Positions 28,720 through 38,645 of a DNA stretch of 64,000 nt are shown piece by piece (the stretch's first letter is position 1; every line of letters starts with the position of its first letter). Source of the stretch: Myxococcota bacterium (GTDB taxonomy: Bacteria; Myxococcota_A; UBA796; CAJQPC01); NCBI GenBank assembly GCA_036012755.1, contig DASCPX010000059.1, positions 64,001 through 128,000 on the forward strand. The letters run 5' to 3'. Both the position numbers and the translations under genes were made by a program. The notes beneath the pieces are model-generated. The model made no database searches. It was not told where the DNA came from and saw nothing but the letters and a program-made list of their open reading frames with translations.

Positions 28720-30253
28720 ACGCACCACCCCCCTGCGCGAGAGCGCCATCGTCCGATCCGGGCTGCCGGGTCGAGCGCTGAACCGAATCGAGCGGGACCA
28801 CGGGGCCCGGACCGTCGGAGAGCTGCTCCAGCTCATCCTGAACGCGGACATCGACGCCGACTTCCAGGCGGCCTTCGGGCTCTCGAACGAGGCTGTCCGC
28901 ACGCTGGCAGGCGACCTCCTCGGAGCTCTCCCGCGCGAGCACGCCAGCGCGATCCAGGCACCGGCCGACTTCGTCCTCGGGGCGGAGCTCGAGGACGGGG
29001 GACCGCCGGCCTTGTCGGCTCCACCACGCAGGCAGATCCTGCCCGATCGGTGCTCCATGGTCGAGGACCTCCTGCCGGTCGCGGACCAGGGCCGACGTGG
29101 ATCCTGCGTCTCCCAGGCCGCCACGGCGGTCAACGAGTTCTACCAAGGAGGCAAGCGCAGGCTCAGCTCGCAGTACCTCTACGCCCGCTGCAAGGAGGAC
29201 GACGGCTACCCCGGTCCGGGTACCTACCCGCGCGTCGCCGCGAAGCTCCTGCGCGAGGAAGGCCAGTGCACCGAGCGCACCTTGCCCTACAACCCGAACC
29301 AGATCCCCGGCAACGAAGGTCAGGGCCCCGTGCCGTTGAAGGCCCGGCTCGAGGCCTCCCTCTACAAGTGCCACCTGCCCTACGCCATCGACTCCACGGA
29401 CGTGGATTTCATCCAGCGCCTGCTGGTCGGGCTGGAGGTCGGCGGAGAGCGCCTCCCGCCCAGACCGATCTTCTTCGCGGTCCAGACCTTCCGCGGGCTG
29501 ATGGGCGGCGAGACCGCGCGCACCGGCCGCGTCCTGATGCCTCTCCCGGGGGCGCGCCCCTGCGGGGGTCACGCGATGGTCTACGCCGGCTACTGCGTCG
29601 GAGACGACCCAGGCGGTGGTCGCTTCATCGTCCGGAATTCGTGGGGGGCGGGTTGGGCCCACGAGAATCCAGATGGTCCAGGCTACTGCTGGCTCCCCTT
29701 CGCCTATGCCCGGCAGCACAGCCGCGGGGCCGCCTACGCGCTGTTCACGAAGAAAGAAGCTGCCCTCATCGAGCGGAGCTCTCTGCCCGACCACGGAGAC
29801 AAGGCGGCAGGCGGTCCTCGCCGCCGCTGGGCAGGACTCGCCGTCGTCGCGGCTCTCGCAGGAGCCGTGGCGGTCGCGATCCACGCACCCGAAGCCCTGA
29901 GGCCCGAGCCCGACCAGCAGCGCTCCGGCTGCTACTCGTACTGGGCAGAGGACAATGTCCTCCAGAAGCGAGTCATGCCCGCGGAGACCCTGTGGGGTCT
30001 GAGTCAGTGGTTCGGCGTGGGTTCAGAGGAGCTCGCGGACTGGAATGACCTCGACCCGGAGGCGCGCATCGTTCGGGATCAGCACCTCGAGGTCCGCCTG
30101 GACGCGGAACCCTACTTCTACGTGGTGCAGCCCGGGGACACGCTCAGCGAGATCCAGGCGTCCCGAGGAATCGACAACCCTTGGAAGGTCAAGGGCCTCA
30201 ACTGCATGACCGACGGGACCGTCTACGCCGGAGAGACGCTGATGCTGCTGTGA
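28709..30253 (+). CDS. Papain-family (C1) cysteine peptidase with TM helix and two C-terminal LysM domains
   Basis: DQGRRGSC (Gln, Cys), GGHAM (His), VRNSWG (Asn); TM WAGLAVVAALAGAVAVAI; LysM-like VMPAETLWGLS..FGV and YVVQPGDTLSEI. Confidence 0.88.
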   Translation: MRLERTTPLRESAIVRSGLPGRALNRIERDHGARTVGELLQLILNADIDADFQAAFGLSNEAVRTLAGDLLGALPREHASAIQAPADFVLGAELEDGGPPALSAPPRRQILPDRCSMVEDLLPVADQGRRGSCVSQAATAVNEFYQGGKRRLSSQYLYARCKEDDGYPGPGTYPRVAAKLLREEGQCTERTLPYNPNQIPGNEGQGPVPLKARLEASLYKCHLPYAIDSTDVDFIQRLLVGLEVGGERLPPRPIFFAVQTFRGLMGGETARTGRVLMPLPGARPCGGHAMVYAGYCVGDDPGGGRFIVRNSWGAGWAHENPDGPGYCWLPFAYARQHSRGAAYALFTKKEAALIERSSLPDHGDKAAGGPRRRWAGLAVVAALAGAVAVAIHAPEALRPEPDQQRSGCYSYWAEDNVLQKRVMPAETLWGLSQWFGVGSEELADWNDLDPEARIVRDQHLEVRLDAEPYFYVVQPGDTLSEIQASRGIDNPWKVKGLNCMTDGTVYAGETLMLL

Positions 30254-31130
30254 GCAACAGCAGCAAGGATCCGCCTGCCCCTCCGCCGCAGCCCTCGCAG
30301 CTCTCTCCGCCGGGGCCGTCGGTGTCACCCCCGTCGCAGAAACCGTCGTCCTCGGCGTCATGGAGGTCGGGCTTTCCGTCGCAGTCGCTGTCCTCGCGGC
30401 AGGACTCCTCGCCGTCCAAGAGGCCGTCGTCGTCGGTGTCGCGGTCGCGCGGGTCCGAGCCCAGCACCAGCTCCTCCGAGCGGGACAGGCCGTCGATGTC
30501 GAAGTCCACGGCGAAGGCATCCGACCAGGATCCGTCGAGCTCGTGGAGACCATCGAGATCGCTGCCGCTCCCGAGATCGGAGGTCAGCCGCTCCATCTCC
30601 GGGTCGTCGCCGGTCACGGGGAGCACGCAGAACACCCACTGGTCGTCGACGCCCTCGAAGTGTCCGTAGAGGTCGGCGACGGGAAAGGCCAGGTCGATGA
30701 AGTAGTCGGTGTCGCCGCGAAAGGTGGTCTCGGCCTCGACCGTGCGCCAGGCGTCGCTGTAGGTCTCGGCCACCTCGAGGGAGACGTCCGCGCCCTCGGT
30801 GTCCTCGTCTGCGAGGAGGAACGCCGCGCTGCCGTCTGAGCTCGCCGCGAGCACCGCCTCCACGTCCGCCGTGTCCGCGTTCAGCTCGAAGGCCAGGCCT
30901 CAGGCGCCCTCGGCGGCGGTGGGATCCTCGTTCAGCCGCACCCGCCACCAGAGCGTCGTGCCGTCAGAGGCCCACTGCAGCATCGAGTCGTCCACGCTGC
31001 CGACGAGGTCGAGGGCCCGGTCGCCGTCCTGGTCCTCGAAGGTGTCGGTCATGCCCTCTTCGTCGAGGGTGACCGGCACCCAGTCGCTGTCCGCTGGCCA
31101 GGCCAGGGCCGCGCTGACTAGAGCAAGCAT
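30198..31130 (-). pseudogene. Secreted acidic protein with MYXO-CTERM-like tail, interrupted by one in-frame TGA
   Basis: MLALVSAALA-WP leader; EGA-TGA(30900-30902)-GLAFELNAD continues in the same frame to DTDDDGLLDGEE and a GCGG-hydrophobic-RRRR tail. Confidence 0.7.
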
Positions 31131-32058
31131 TCCTCGAAGGGCTCCTCGCCGTCGAGGCTCACGTAGAAGCACTCGTCACAGCTCTCGTCTGCGTCGTAGT
31201 CGACCAGCGCGTGGCGCTTGCCCTGGAACTGGGCCTCGCCGGTGTAGGGCGACTCGGCGTCGCAGTCCGGCTCGACGTGGAGCTGCCCGAAGTGACAGTA
31301 GCTGCCGATGTACACGCTGTAGGCGTTGGCGTCGAGATCCGCGAAGCCCTCCCACTCGACGTAGTCGATGACGTAGTCCCCGTCGCGGTCCTCGTAGGTG
31401 TAGTCGACCTGGCGGTAGCCCAGGAACTCGGACAGATCCAGGGGTGGCGTGCCTTTGAACCAGCGCATCTCCTCGAGATCCTGGGAGACGCTGTAGTCCA
31501 CTCCATCCGTCACATAGAGCGCCAGGTCCCCGTTCGCGGTGTACTCCAGGCTGTGGCTGCCCGCGTCGCCTTCGAAGGAGCCGTAGACCTCGAAGTTCGA
31601 GTAGGACACGGTCAGCGGGTCCGAGCTGGCGTCCACGAACAGGGTGCCCCCCCACTCGACGCCGGTCTTGTCCGTGCAGCCGCCGACGAGCTCCGCGGTC
31701 TCGTCTCCGTAGGTGACCACGGGACAGTCGTAGAGGTGGCCGTGGGTCTCCGCGAGGTCGATGAGGTAGCTGTGCCAGTGCAGCTCGCCGAGGCCGCTCA
31801 TGTAGAGCGCGATCGGCATCGCCTTGGACATGCCCATCGGGTAGTCGACGTCCTCTCCACAGTCGAGGTAGGGCACGTCTGTGTCAGCGTCGGCGTCGGT
31901 GTCGGCGTCTGAGTCAGCGTCCGTGTCGGCGTCGGAGTCAGCGTCGGAGTCGGCGTCGGTGTCGCTGTCGCTGTCGCTGTCGGCGTCAGCCTCGAGCCCG
32001 CTGTCGACCGGGTACTCGCCGACCGGCTTTTGCTCCAGACAAGCCAGCAGCAGCAGGC

Positions 32059-32062
<4 letters not shown>
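31118..32062 (-). CDS. Lipoprotein with (DA/DS/DT)n low-complexity linker
   Basis: MSLLLLAC; DADSDSDSDTDADSD tract; ATGA overlap with the upstream gene. Confidence 0.8.
31876..31990 (-). repeat. 6-bp-period coding repeat encoding an Asp-X dipeptide tract
   Basis: GTCGGC/GTCGCT/GTCAGC units on the + strand. Confidence 0.85.
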
Positions 32063-33460
<1,398 letters not shown>

Positions 33461-33476
33461 CGGCCGGACGCCCGGT

Positions 33477-34172
33477 CTACTCGCAGAAGTCCCCGAGCGA
33501 GGCGCCGTCCACCGACCAGGCGCTGCAGCCGTCGCAGGGGCCGTCGAAGTCGAAGGCCACCACGCGCTCGCCTTCGAGCTGGAGGAGGCCGCGCACAGGC
33601 TCGGACTCGCAGTCGGCGAGGTCGATGGTCCAGGTGCCTTCGACCTCCAGGGGGCCGAGCTCCGGGGTGGCCAGGGTGCCGCTGACGAGGACCTCGTCCC
33701 GGTCGTAGCGGCTGAGGATGGTCCAGGAAAGATCGACCTGGACCGGATCGGCGCAGTCTCCCCAGCCCTCGCCACCCAGGAGCGAGCCGCAGAGGGTGGC
33801 GGCCATCTCGATCGTGGCGAACTCCTCGTCGACGAGGTGCTCCAAGGCGCCGTCCATGCGGAAGGCTTGCCCCTGGTCGATGACGGCGAGGCGGCGGACC
33901 TCCATCCAGGCCATCGAGGGGTCTTCATAGCGATCGACGTTGCCGAGGTGCTCTCCGCCCGGGCATGCGCCCCAGACCTCGCGCAGCCCGTCACCGTCCT
34001 CGAAGGCCTCGACCGGGCAGGCGGGCTGGTCGACGCGACGGGTCACCCCATCGAGCAGTGCCAGAGCCGCGTCGGGGCGGGACAGCTCCAGGACCTTGGC
34101 CACAGCAGCCTCGTCGAGGGCAGGAGCGCTCTCGATCGGGACGCCGGGGGCACAGGCAAGCAGGAGGAGCAT
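33477..34172 (-). CDS. Hypothetical lipoprotein
   Basis: MLLLLAC; Cys pattern (CP..C, C..EP..G, FDG..CDGC) similar to the 31118-32062 lipoprotein. Confidence 0.7.
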   Translation of the reverse strand: MLLLLACAPGVPIESAPALDEAAVAKVLELSRPDAALALLDGVTRRVDQPACPVEAFEDGDGLREVWGACPGGEHLGNVDRYEDPSMAWMEVRRLAVIDQGQAFRMDGALEHLVDEEFATIEMAATLCGSLLGGEGWGDCADPVQVDLSWTILSRYDRDEVLVSGTLATPELGPLEVEGTWTIDLADCESEPVRGLLQLEGERVVAFDFDGPCDGCSAWSVDGASLGDFCE

Positions 34173-34182
34173 TCGTCTCAGT

Positions 34183-35895
34183 CTACAGGATGCCGTACTC
34201 GGGTCCGTCCCCACCTTCGGGCGGGACCCACTGGATGATCTGGTAGGGGTCGCGGATGTCGCAGGTCTTGCAGTGGACGCAGTTGCTGAAGTCGACCTGC
34301 AGCTCCTTCCGACCGGCCTCTTCGTTGTCGACCATGTTGTAGACCTGGGCCGGACAGAAGCGCTCGCATGGGTTGCCGTACTCCTCTACGCACTTCGTCG
34401 CACAGACCTCTGGGTCGGTGATCTTGAGGTGGCAGGGCTGGTGCTCGTCGTGCTTCGTGCCGGAGAGGAACACGTCGGTCAGCTTGTCGACGACGTAGCT
34501 CCCGTCGTACTCGATGTCCCCGTACTTCCCTGCTGCTGGCTGCACGGGCAGCGCCGCCCCGCCCAGCTTCTTCATGCCCTCGTGGTCGGGGCTGACGCCC
34601 TGGATGGAGCCGGCGCCGAAGACCTTGCTCCAGAGGAACTTCATGCTCCCGCCGATCATCCCGCTGTTGTGGAAGCCGGCGTGGAAGTTCTTTGTGGGCT
34701 CCATCTCCACGCGGATCCAGCTCGCGTCGATGGCGGCCTTGAACTTCGACATCGCCTCGTCGCTGTTGTCGCCTGAGACCATCGCGGCGAAGGCGGTCTC
34801 GGCGGCCAGCATGCCGCTCTTCATGGAGAGGTGGATGCCCTTGATGCGGGCCGCGTTGAGGAAGCTGGCGCTGTCCCCGACGATGAGCGCGCCTGGGGCG
34901 TAGAGCTTGGGCATGCAGCCCCAGCCACCGACCGTGACGGTCTTGGCGCCGTACTTGACGACCTTGCCCTCTCCGAGGATGTCCTTGATCTTCGGGTGCA
35001 GCTTCAGCTTCTGGAGCTCGTACTGCATGTCGAGACCGGGGTCCGCCGCGTCGGTGGAAGCCAGCAGCCCGATGCAGGCCCGGTCGCCGCCCAAGCTGTA
35101 GATGAAGCCGCCGCCGAATGGGCCGCTGCCGAAGGCGTCCTGCAGCGGGTACAGGGAGGTCAGGTAGACGAAGCCCTCCGTGATCGTGCCTTCCGGGAAC
35201 TCGAGGACCTCCTTGCAGCCGGTCTCGTAGGCCATCTGGTTGCGACCGTCCTGGAGCCCGTACTTGTCCATCAGGATGCGGGCGAGGTGACCGCGTGGAC
35301 CCTCTCCGATGATGGTCACGGGAGACTCGAGGTCCATGCCCGGCTCGAAGTTGTCCTTCGGCTCGCCGTCGGGGCCGACCCCCTTGTCGCCCGTACGGAC
35401 TCCGGCGACCTTGCCCTCCTCGTCGTAGAGCAGATCGACCCCGGCGAAGCCCGGGAAGATCATGACGCCCATCTCCTCGGCTTTGTCGGCGAGCCACTTC
35501 TGGAACTTGGCGATCGAGACGATCGGCTTGCCCTCGTCGTGGAACTCGGCGGGCATGAAGGGGAGCTGGAAGCCGCCGGTGGCGCTGGTGAGCGCCAGCA
35601 TTGCCTCGCGCTCGACATAGCGCTCGAGCGGGAAGGAGTCGTCCTCCTTCCAATCGGGGCAGAGCTCGTCGAGTGCGCGGGGGTCCAACACGGCGCCGGA
35701 GATGGCGTGGCTGCCGATCTCGCTGCCCTTCTCGATGAGGCCGATCATCGGCTCTTCGAACTGCTCGTCTTCCGGTGCGGTCTCGTTGTGCTTCTCGATG
35801 AGGCCCATCAGGTGCAGAGCCCCAGCCAGACATGCCGGGCCGCCGCCGACGAAGATGACATCGACGGGCATGGACTCGCGTTCGATCTCCGACAT
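34183..35895 (-). CDS. Electron transfer flavoprotein-quinone oxidoreductase
   Basis: FAD-binding VGGGPA, EKGSEIGSHAISGA, RIKGIHLSMKSG; C-terminal 4Fe-4S motifs RFCPAQVY and NCVHCKTC. Confidence 0.95.
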   Translation of the reverse strand: MSEIERESMPVDVIFVGGGPACLAGALHLMGLIEKHNETAPEDEQFEEPMIGLIEKGSEIGSHAISGAVLDPRALDELCPDWKEDDSFPLERYVEREAMLALTSATGGFQLPFMPAEFHDEGKPIVSIAKFQKWLADKAEEMGVMIFPGFAGVDLLYDEEGKVAGVRTGDKGVGPDGEPKDNFEPGMDLESPVTIIGEGPRGHLARILMDKYGLQDGRNQMAYETGCKEVLEFPEGTITEGFVYLTSLYPLQDAFGSGPFGGGFIYSLGGDRACIGLLASTDAADPGLDMQYELQKLKLHPKIKDILGEGKVVKYGAKTVTVGGWGCMPKLYAPGALIVGDSASFLNAARIKGIHLSMKSGMLAAETAFAAMVSGDNSDEAMSKFKAAIDASWIRVEMEPTKNFHAGFHNSGMIGGSMKFLWSKVFGAGSIQGVSPDHEGMKKLGGAALPVQPAAGKYGDIEYDGSYVVDKLTDVFLSGTKHDEHQPCHLKITDPEVCATKCVEEYGNPCERFCPAQVYNMVDNEEAGRKELQVDFSNCVHCKTCDIRDPYQIIQWVPPEGGDGPEYGIL

Positions 35896-35966
35896 CAGCT
35901 CACTCCATTTGGCGGGCGGCTTAACCCGTTGGAAATCGTTAGGTGGCGCTCCTCGTAGAGGTACCC

Positions 35967-36539
35967 GTGCCCCGCAAATACACCATCTTCGCCCTTGTCA
36001 GCGTCGTGGTCGTCACCCTCGATCAGCTGACGAAGTGGTGGGTCCGCACCCACCTGGAGCTTTGGCGCGACAGCGTCGACGTGATCCCGGGCTTCTTCGA
36101 GCTGGTCCATTACCAGAACACGGGCGCCGCCTTCGGGGTGATGCAGGACGACCCGGACGCGATGACCAAGTTCGCGGTCTTCACCCTGGTCGCGCTGACC
36201 ATCATGCTGGTGATGGTCTGGCGCCTGCCGAAGGAGGAGTCCTTCGTCGCCGGCATCATGGGGCTCATCATGGGCGGGGCCGTCGGCAACGCCATCGACC
36301 GGGCTGTCTTCGCCGCCGTCACCGACTTCCTGCGCTTCTACACCGACGCCGAGGCAGCCAGCGTCTGGCTCCGCGAGAACTTCGGCAGCGCGGAGTGGCC
36401 GAGCTTCAACATCGCCGACTCGGCCATCGTGGTCGGCATCATCGTCTTCTTCGTCCAGCAGATCGTGATGGGCCGAAGAGAGAAGGACGCGGACCTCGAC
36501 GACGAGGAGCTGCCCAGCCTCGAGGACGTCCCCGAGTGA
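35967..36539 (+). CDS. lspA: Signal peptidase II, copy 1
   Basis: LDQLTK, NTGAAFG, GNAIDR, VTDF, FNIAD; GAGG before GTG. Confidence 0.93.
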   Translation: MPRKYTIFALVSVVVVTLDQLTKWWVRTHLELWRDSVDVIPGFFELVHYQNTGAAFGVMQDDPDAMTKFAVFTLVALTIMLVMVWRLPKEESFVAGIMGLIMGGAVGNAIDRAVFAAVTDFLRFYTDAEAASVWLRENFGSAEWPSFNIADSAIVVGIIVFFVQQIVMGRREKDADLDDEELPSLEDVPE

Positions 36540-36549
36540 GGCCGACACC

Positions 36550-37071
36550 GTGAGGACCCGCGTGTTCGTTGGCCTCGCTGCCGTGTCGGTGGTCCTGGAC
36601 CAGTTGACCAAGATCCTCGTCCGCCAGCAGATCCTGCTGGGCGAGCGCGGCCAGACCGTCATCCAGGGTCTCTTCGACATCGTGCACGTGGAGAACTCCG
36701 GCGCCGCCTTTGGCCTGCTCGCCGGCTACGACTGGGCGATCTGGGTCTTCGTTCCCTTCACGCTGATCGCCGTCATCGTGCTGATCTCGTTGCTGCGGGA
36801 GTGCAACCCGGCGGCCCGCTTCATGCCTGCCGCGCTCGGGCTCATCCTCGGCGGGGCGCTCGGCAACTTCGTCGACCGGGTCTGGAGGCAGTCGGTGACG
36901 GACTTCCTCAGGATCTACCAGGACACCGGCCCACTCTACGACTGGCTCGTCGCCAGCTTCGGCACAGCGGAGTACCCCAGCTTCAACGTCGCCGACATGA
37001 GCATCTGCGTGGGCGTGGCGATGTTCGTCGTCCACGAGCTGACCTGGGGCAGGAGGAAGCGAAAAGACTGA
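36550..37071 (+). CDS. lspA: Signal peptidase II, copy 2
   Basis: LDQLTK, NSGAAFG, GNFVDR, VTDF, FNVAD. Confidence 0.93.
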   Translation: MRTRVFVGLAAVSVVLDQLTKILVRQQILLGERGQTVIQGLFDIVHVENSGAAFGLLAGYDWAIWVFVPFTLIAVIVLISLLRECNPAARFMPAALGLILGGALGNFVDRVWRQSVTDFLRIYQDTGPLYDWLVASFGTAEYPSFNVADMSICVGVAMFVVHELTWGRRKRKD

Positions 37072-37841
37072 TGCACCCCGTCCTCTTCCACATCGGTGAC
37101 TTCGCCGTTCACAGCTACGGCGTGCTCATCGCGCTGGGCACGGTGCTCGCCGTGGCGATCGGTACTCGCTGGTCGAAGGCGGAGGGCTTCCCGAAGGACA
37201 CCTTCACCGATCTCGGCTTCTGGTCGATCGCCGCGGCGGTCGTCGGAGCTCGCCTGGAGTACCTCCGCACGAACTGGCACCAGTTCGACGACGCCGGGAT
37301 CGGCGCGATGCTCAACGTGCGCGACGGGGGCCTGGTCTTCTACGGCGGGCTGGTCGGCACGCTCATCGCCTTCGGGGTCATCACCTGGCGCCGCAAGCTG
37401 AACCCGCTCAAGCTCCTCGACATCCTCGCCCCGCTGGTGCCCTTCGGCATCATGTTCGGGCGCACGGGCTGCCTCATGTCCGGCTGCTGCTACGGCAAGC
37501 CCACATCCGCCGCCTGGGCAGTGACCTTCACCCACGAGCTGAGCGTCGCCCCGAAGGGCATCCCGCTCCACCCGACGCAGGTCTACGAGGTGATCTACGG
37601 CTTGGGGCTCTTCGGCCTGTTGTACTGGCTCAAGGGCCGGAAGAAGTTCGATGGCCAGCTGATGCTGACGCTGTTGACCGTCTACCCGCTGTTGCGCTCG
37701 GTCAACGAGCTCTTCCGAGGGGACCCGGGCCGCGGGTGGGCCATCGAGGGGCTGCTGTCGAACGCGCAGGCCATCAGCATCGGGGTCGCGATCGTCGCGG
37801 CCATCGGCTGGGTGGTCCTGCTCCGTCGCGAGAAGGCCTGA
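37071..37841 (+). CDS. lgt: Prolipoprotein diacylglyceryl transferase, copy 1
   Basis: MHPVLF, HSYG, GARL, GGLVFYGG, GRTGC..GCCYG, HPTQVYE, ELFRGD. Confidence 0.93.
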   Translation: MHPVLFHIGDFAVHSYGVLIALGTVLAVAIGTRWSKAEGFPKDTFTDLGFWSIAAAVVGARLEYLRTNWHQFDDAGIGAMLNVRDGGLVFYGGLVGTLIAFGVITWRRKLNPLKLLDILAPLVPFGIMFGRTGCLMSGCCYGKPTSAAWAVTFTHELSVAPKGIPLHPTQVYEVIYGLGLFGLLYWLKGRKKFDGQLMLTLLTVYPLLRSVNELFRGDPGRGWAIEGLLSNAQAISIGVAIVAAIGWVVLLRREKA

Positions 37842-37853
37842 GTAGGCGCGGCG

Positions 37854-38645
37854 ATGCATCCGGTGCTCTTCGAACTCGGACCCTTGACGCTCCACAGCTA
37901 CGGCGCTGGGGTAGGCACCGCCCTGTTGTTGGGTATGTGGACCGCTTCGAAGCTGACGGAGGGCGACCCGCGCTGGGCAAAGGACTTCTTCTGGTTCGCG
38001 GCGCTGTTGACGGTGCCGTTGGCCCTGCTCGGAGCGCGGCTGGAGTACGTGCGCCAGCACTGGAGCGAGGGCTTCGGAGAGGACCTTGCGTCCATCTTCA
38101 TGATCACGGACGGTGGCGTGGTGTTCCACGGCGGGCTCGTCGGCGGGGCGATCGGCCTGGCGCTGGCCGTCTGGCTCAAGAAGGCCCCGCTGCTCCCGAC
38201 CCTGGACGCTGCCGCAGTGACTGTCGGCTACGGGCTCGTCTTCGCGCGGCTCGGATGCTTCGGGGCCGGCTGCTGCTACGGCGACGCCACCGACCTGCCC
38301 TGGGGAGTCGTCTTCTCCCACCCCGACTCGATCGCCCCGGGAGACCTGGCCCGCCACCCGACCCAGCTCTATGCGGCGATCTTCGGCGCCATCCTCGGGC
38401 CGGTGCTGACCTTGAAGTTCCTCCGGAGGCGCTTCGACGGACAGGTCGCGGTCACGCTCGGCGTGCTCTACCCGGTCTTCCGCATCGTCAACGAGATCCT
38501 CCGCGGTGACGGCGAGCGCGGGTGGCTCATCGAGGGGGTGCTCACACCGGCCCAGGGCTTCTCCTTGGCGGCGGTGGCGCTGTCGCTGACGGCGGGGTTC
38601 GTGCTGGCACGTCGAGCCAGCTCGTCCAGCCCGAGCCCGGGATGA
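37854..38645 (+). CDS. lgt: Prolipoprotein diacylglyceryl transferase, copy 2
   Basis: MHPVLF, HSYG, GGVVFHGG, ARLGC..GCCYG, HPTQLYA, EILRGD. Confidence 0.9.
   Translation: MHPVLFELGPLTLHSYGAGVGTALLLGMWTASKLTEGDPRWAKDFFWFAALLTVPLALLGARLEYVRQHWSEGFGEDLASIFMITDGGVVFHGGLVGGAIGLALAVWLKKAPLLPTLDAAAVTVGYGLVFARLGCFGAGCCYGDATDLPWGVVFSHPDSIAPGDLARHPTQLYAAIFGAILGPVLTLKFLRRRFDGQVAVTLGVLYPVFRIVNEILRGDGERGWLIEGVLTPAQGFSLAAVALSLTAGFVLARRASSSSPSPG

Noticed and set aside
5641..30902. Genome-wide UGA=Trp recoding, suggested by two TGA codons at probable Trp positions (5641, 30900)
   Set aside because: Many intact genes here end in TGA, often coupled to the next ATG/GTG, and TGG is used freely for Trp; one of the two genes also has a frameshift.
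30900..30902. Second selenoprotein
   Set aside because: No Cys-type redox context and no SECIS-like hairpin at the proper distance.
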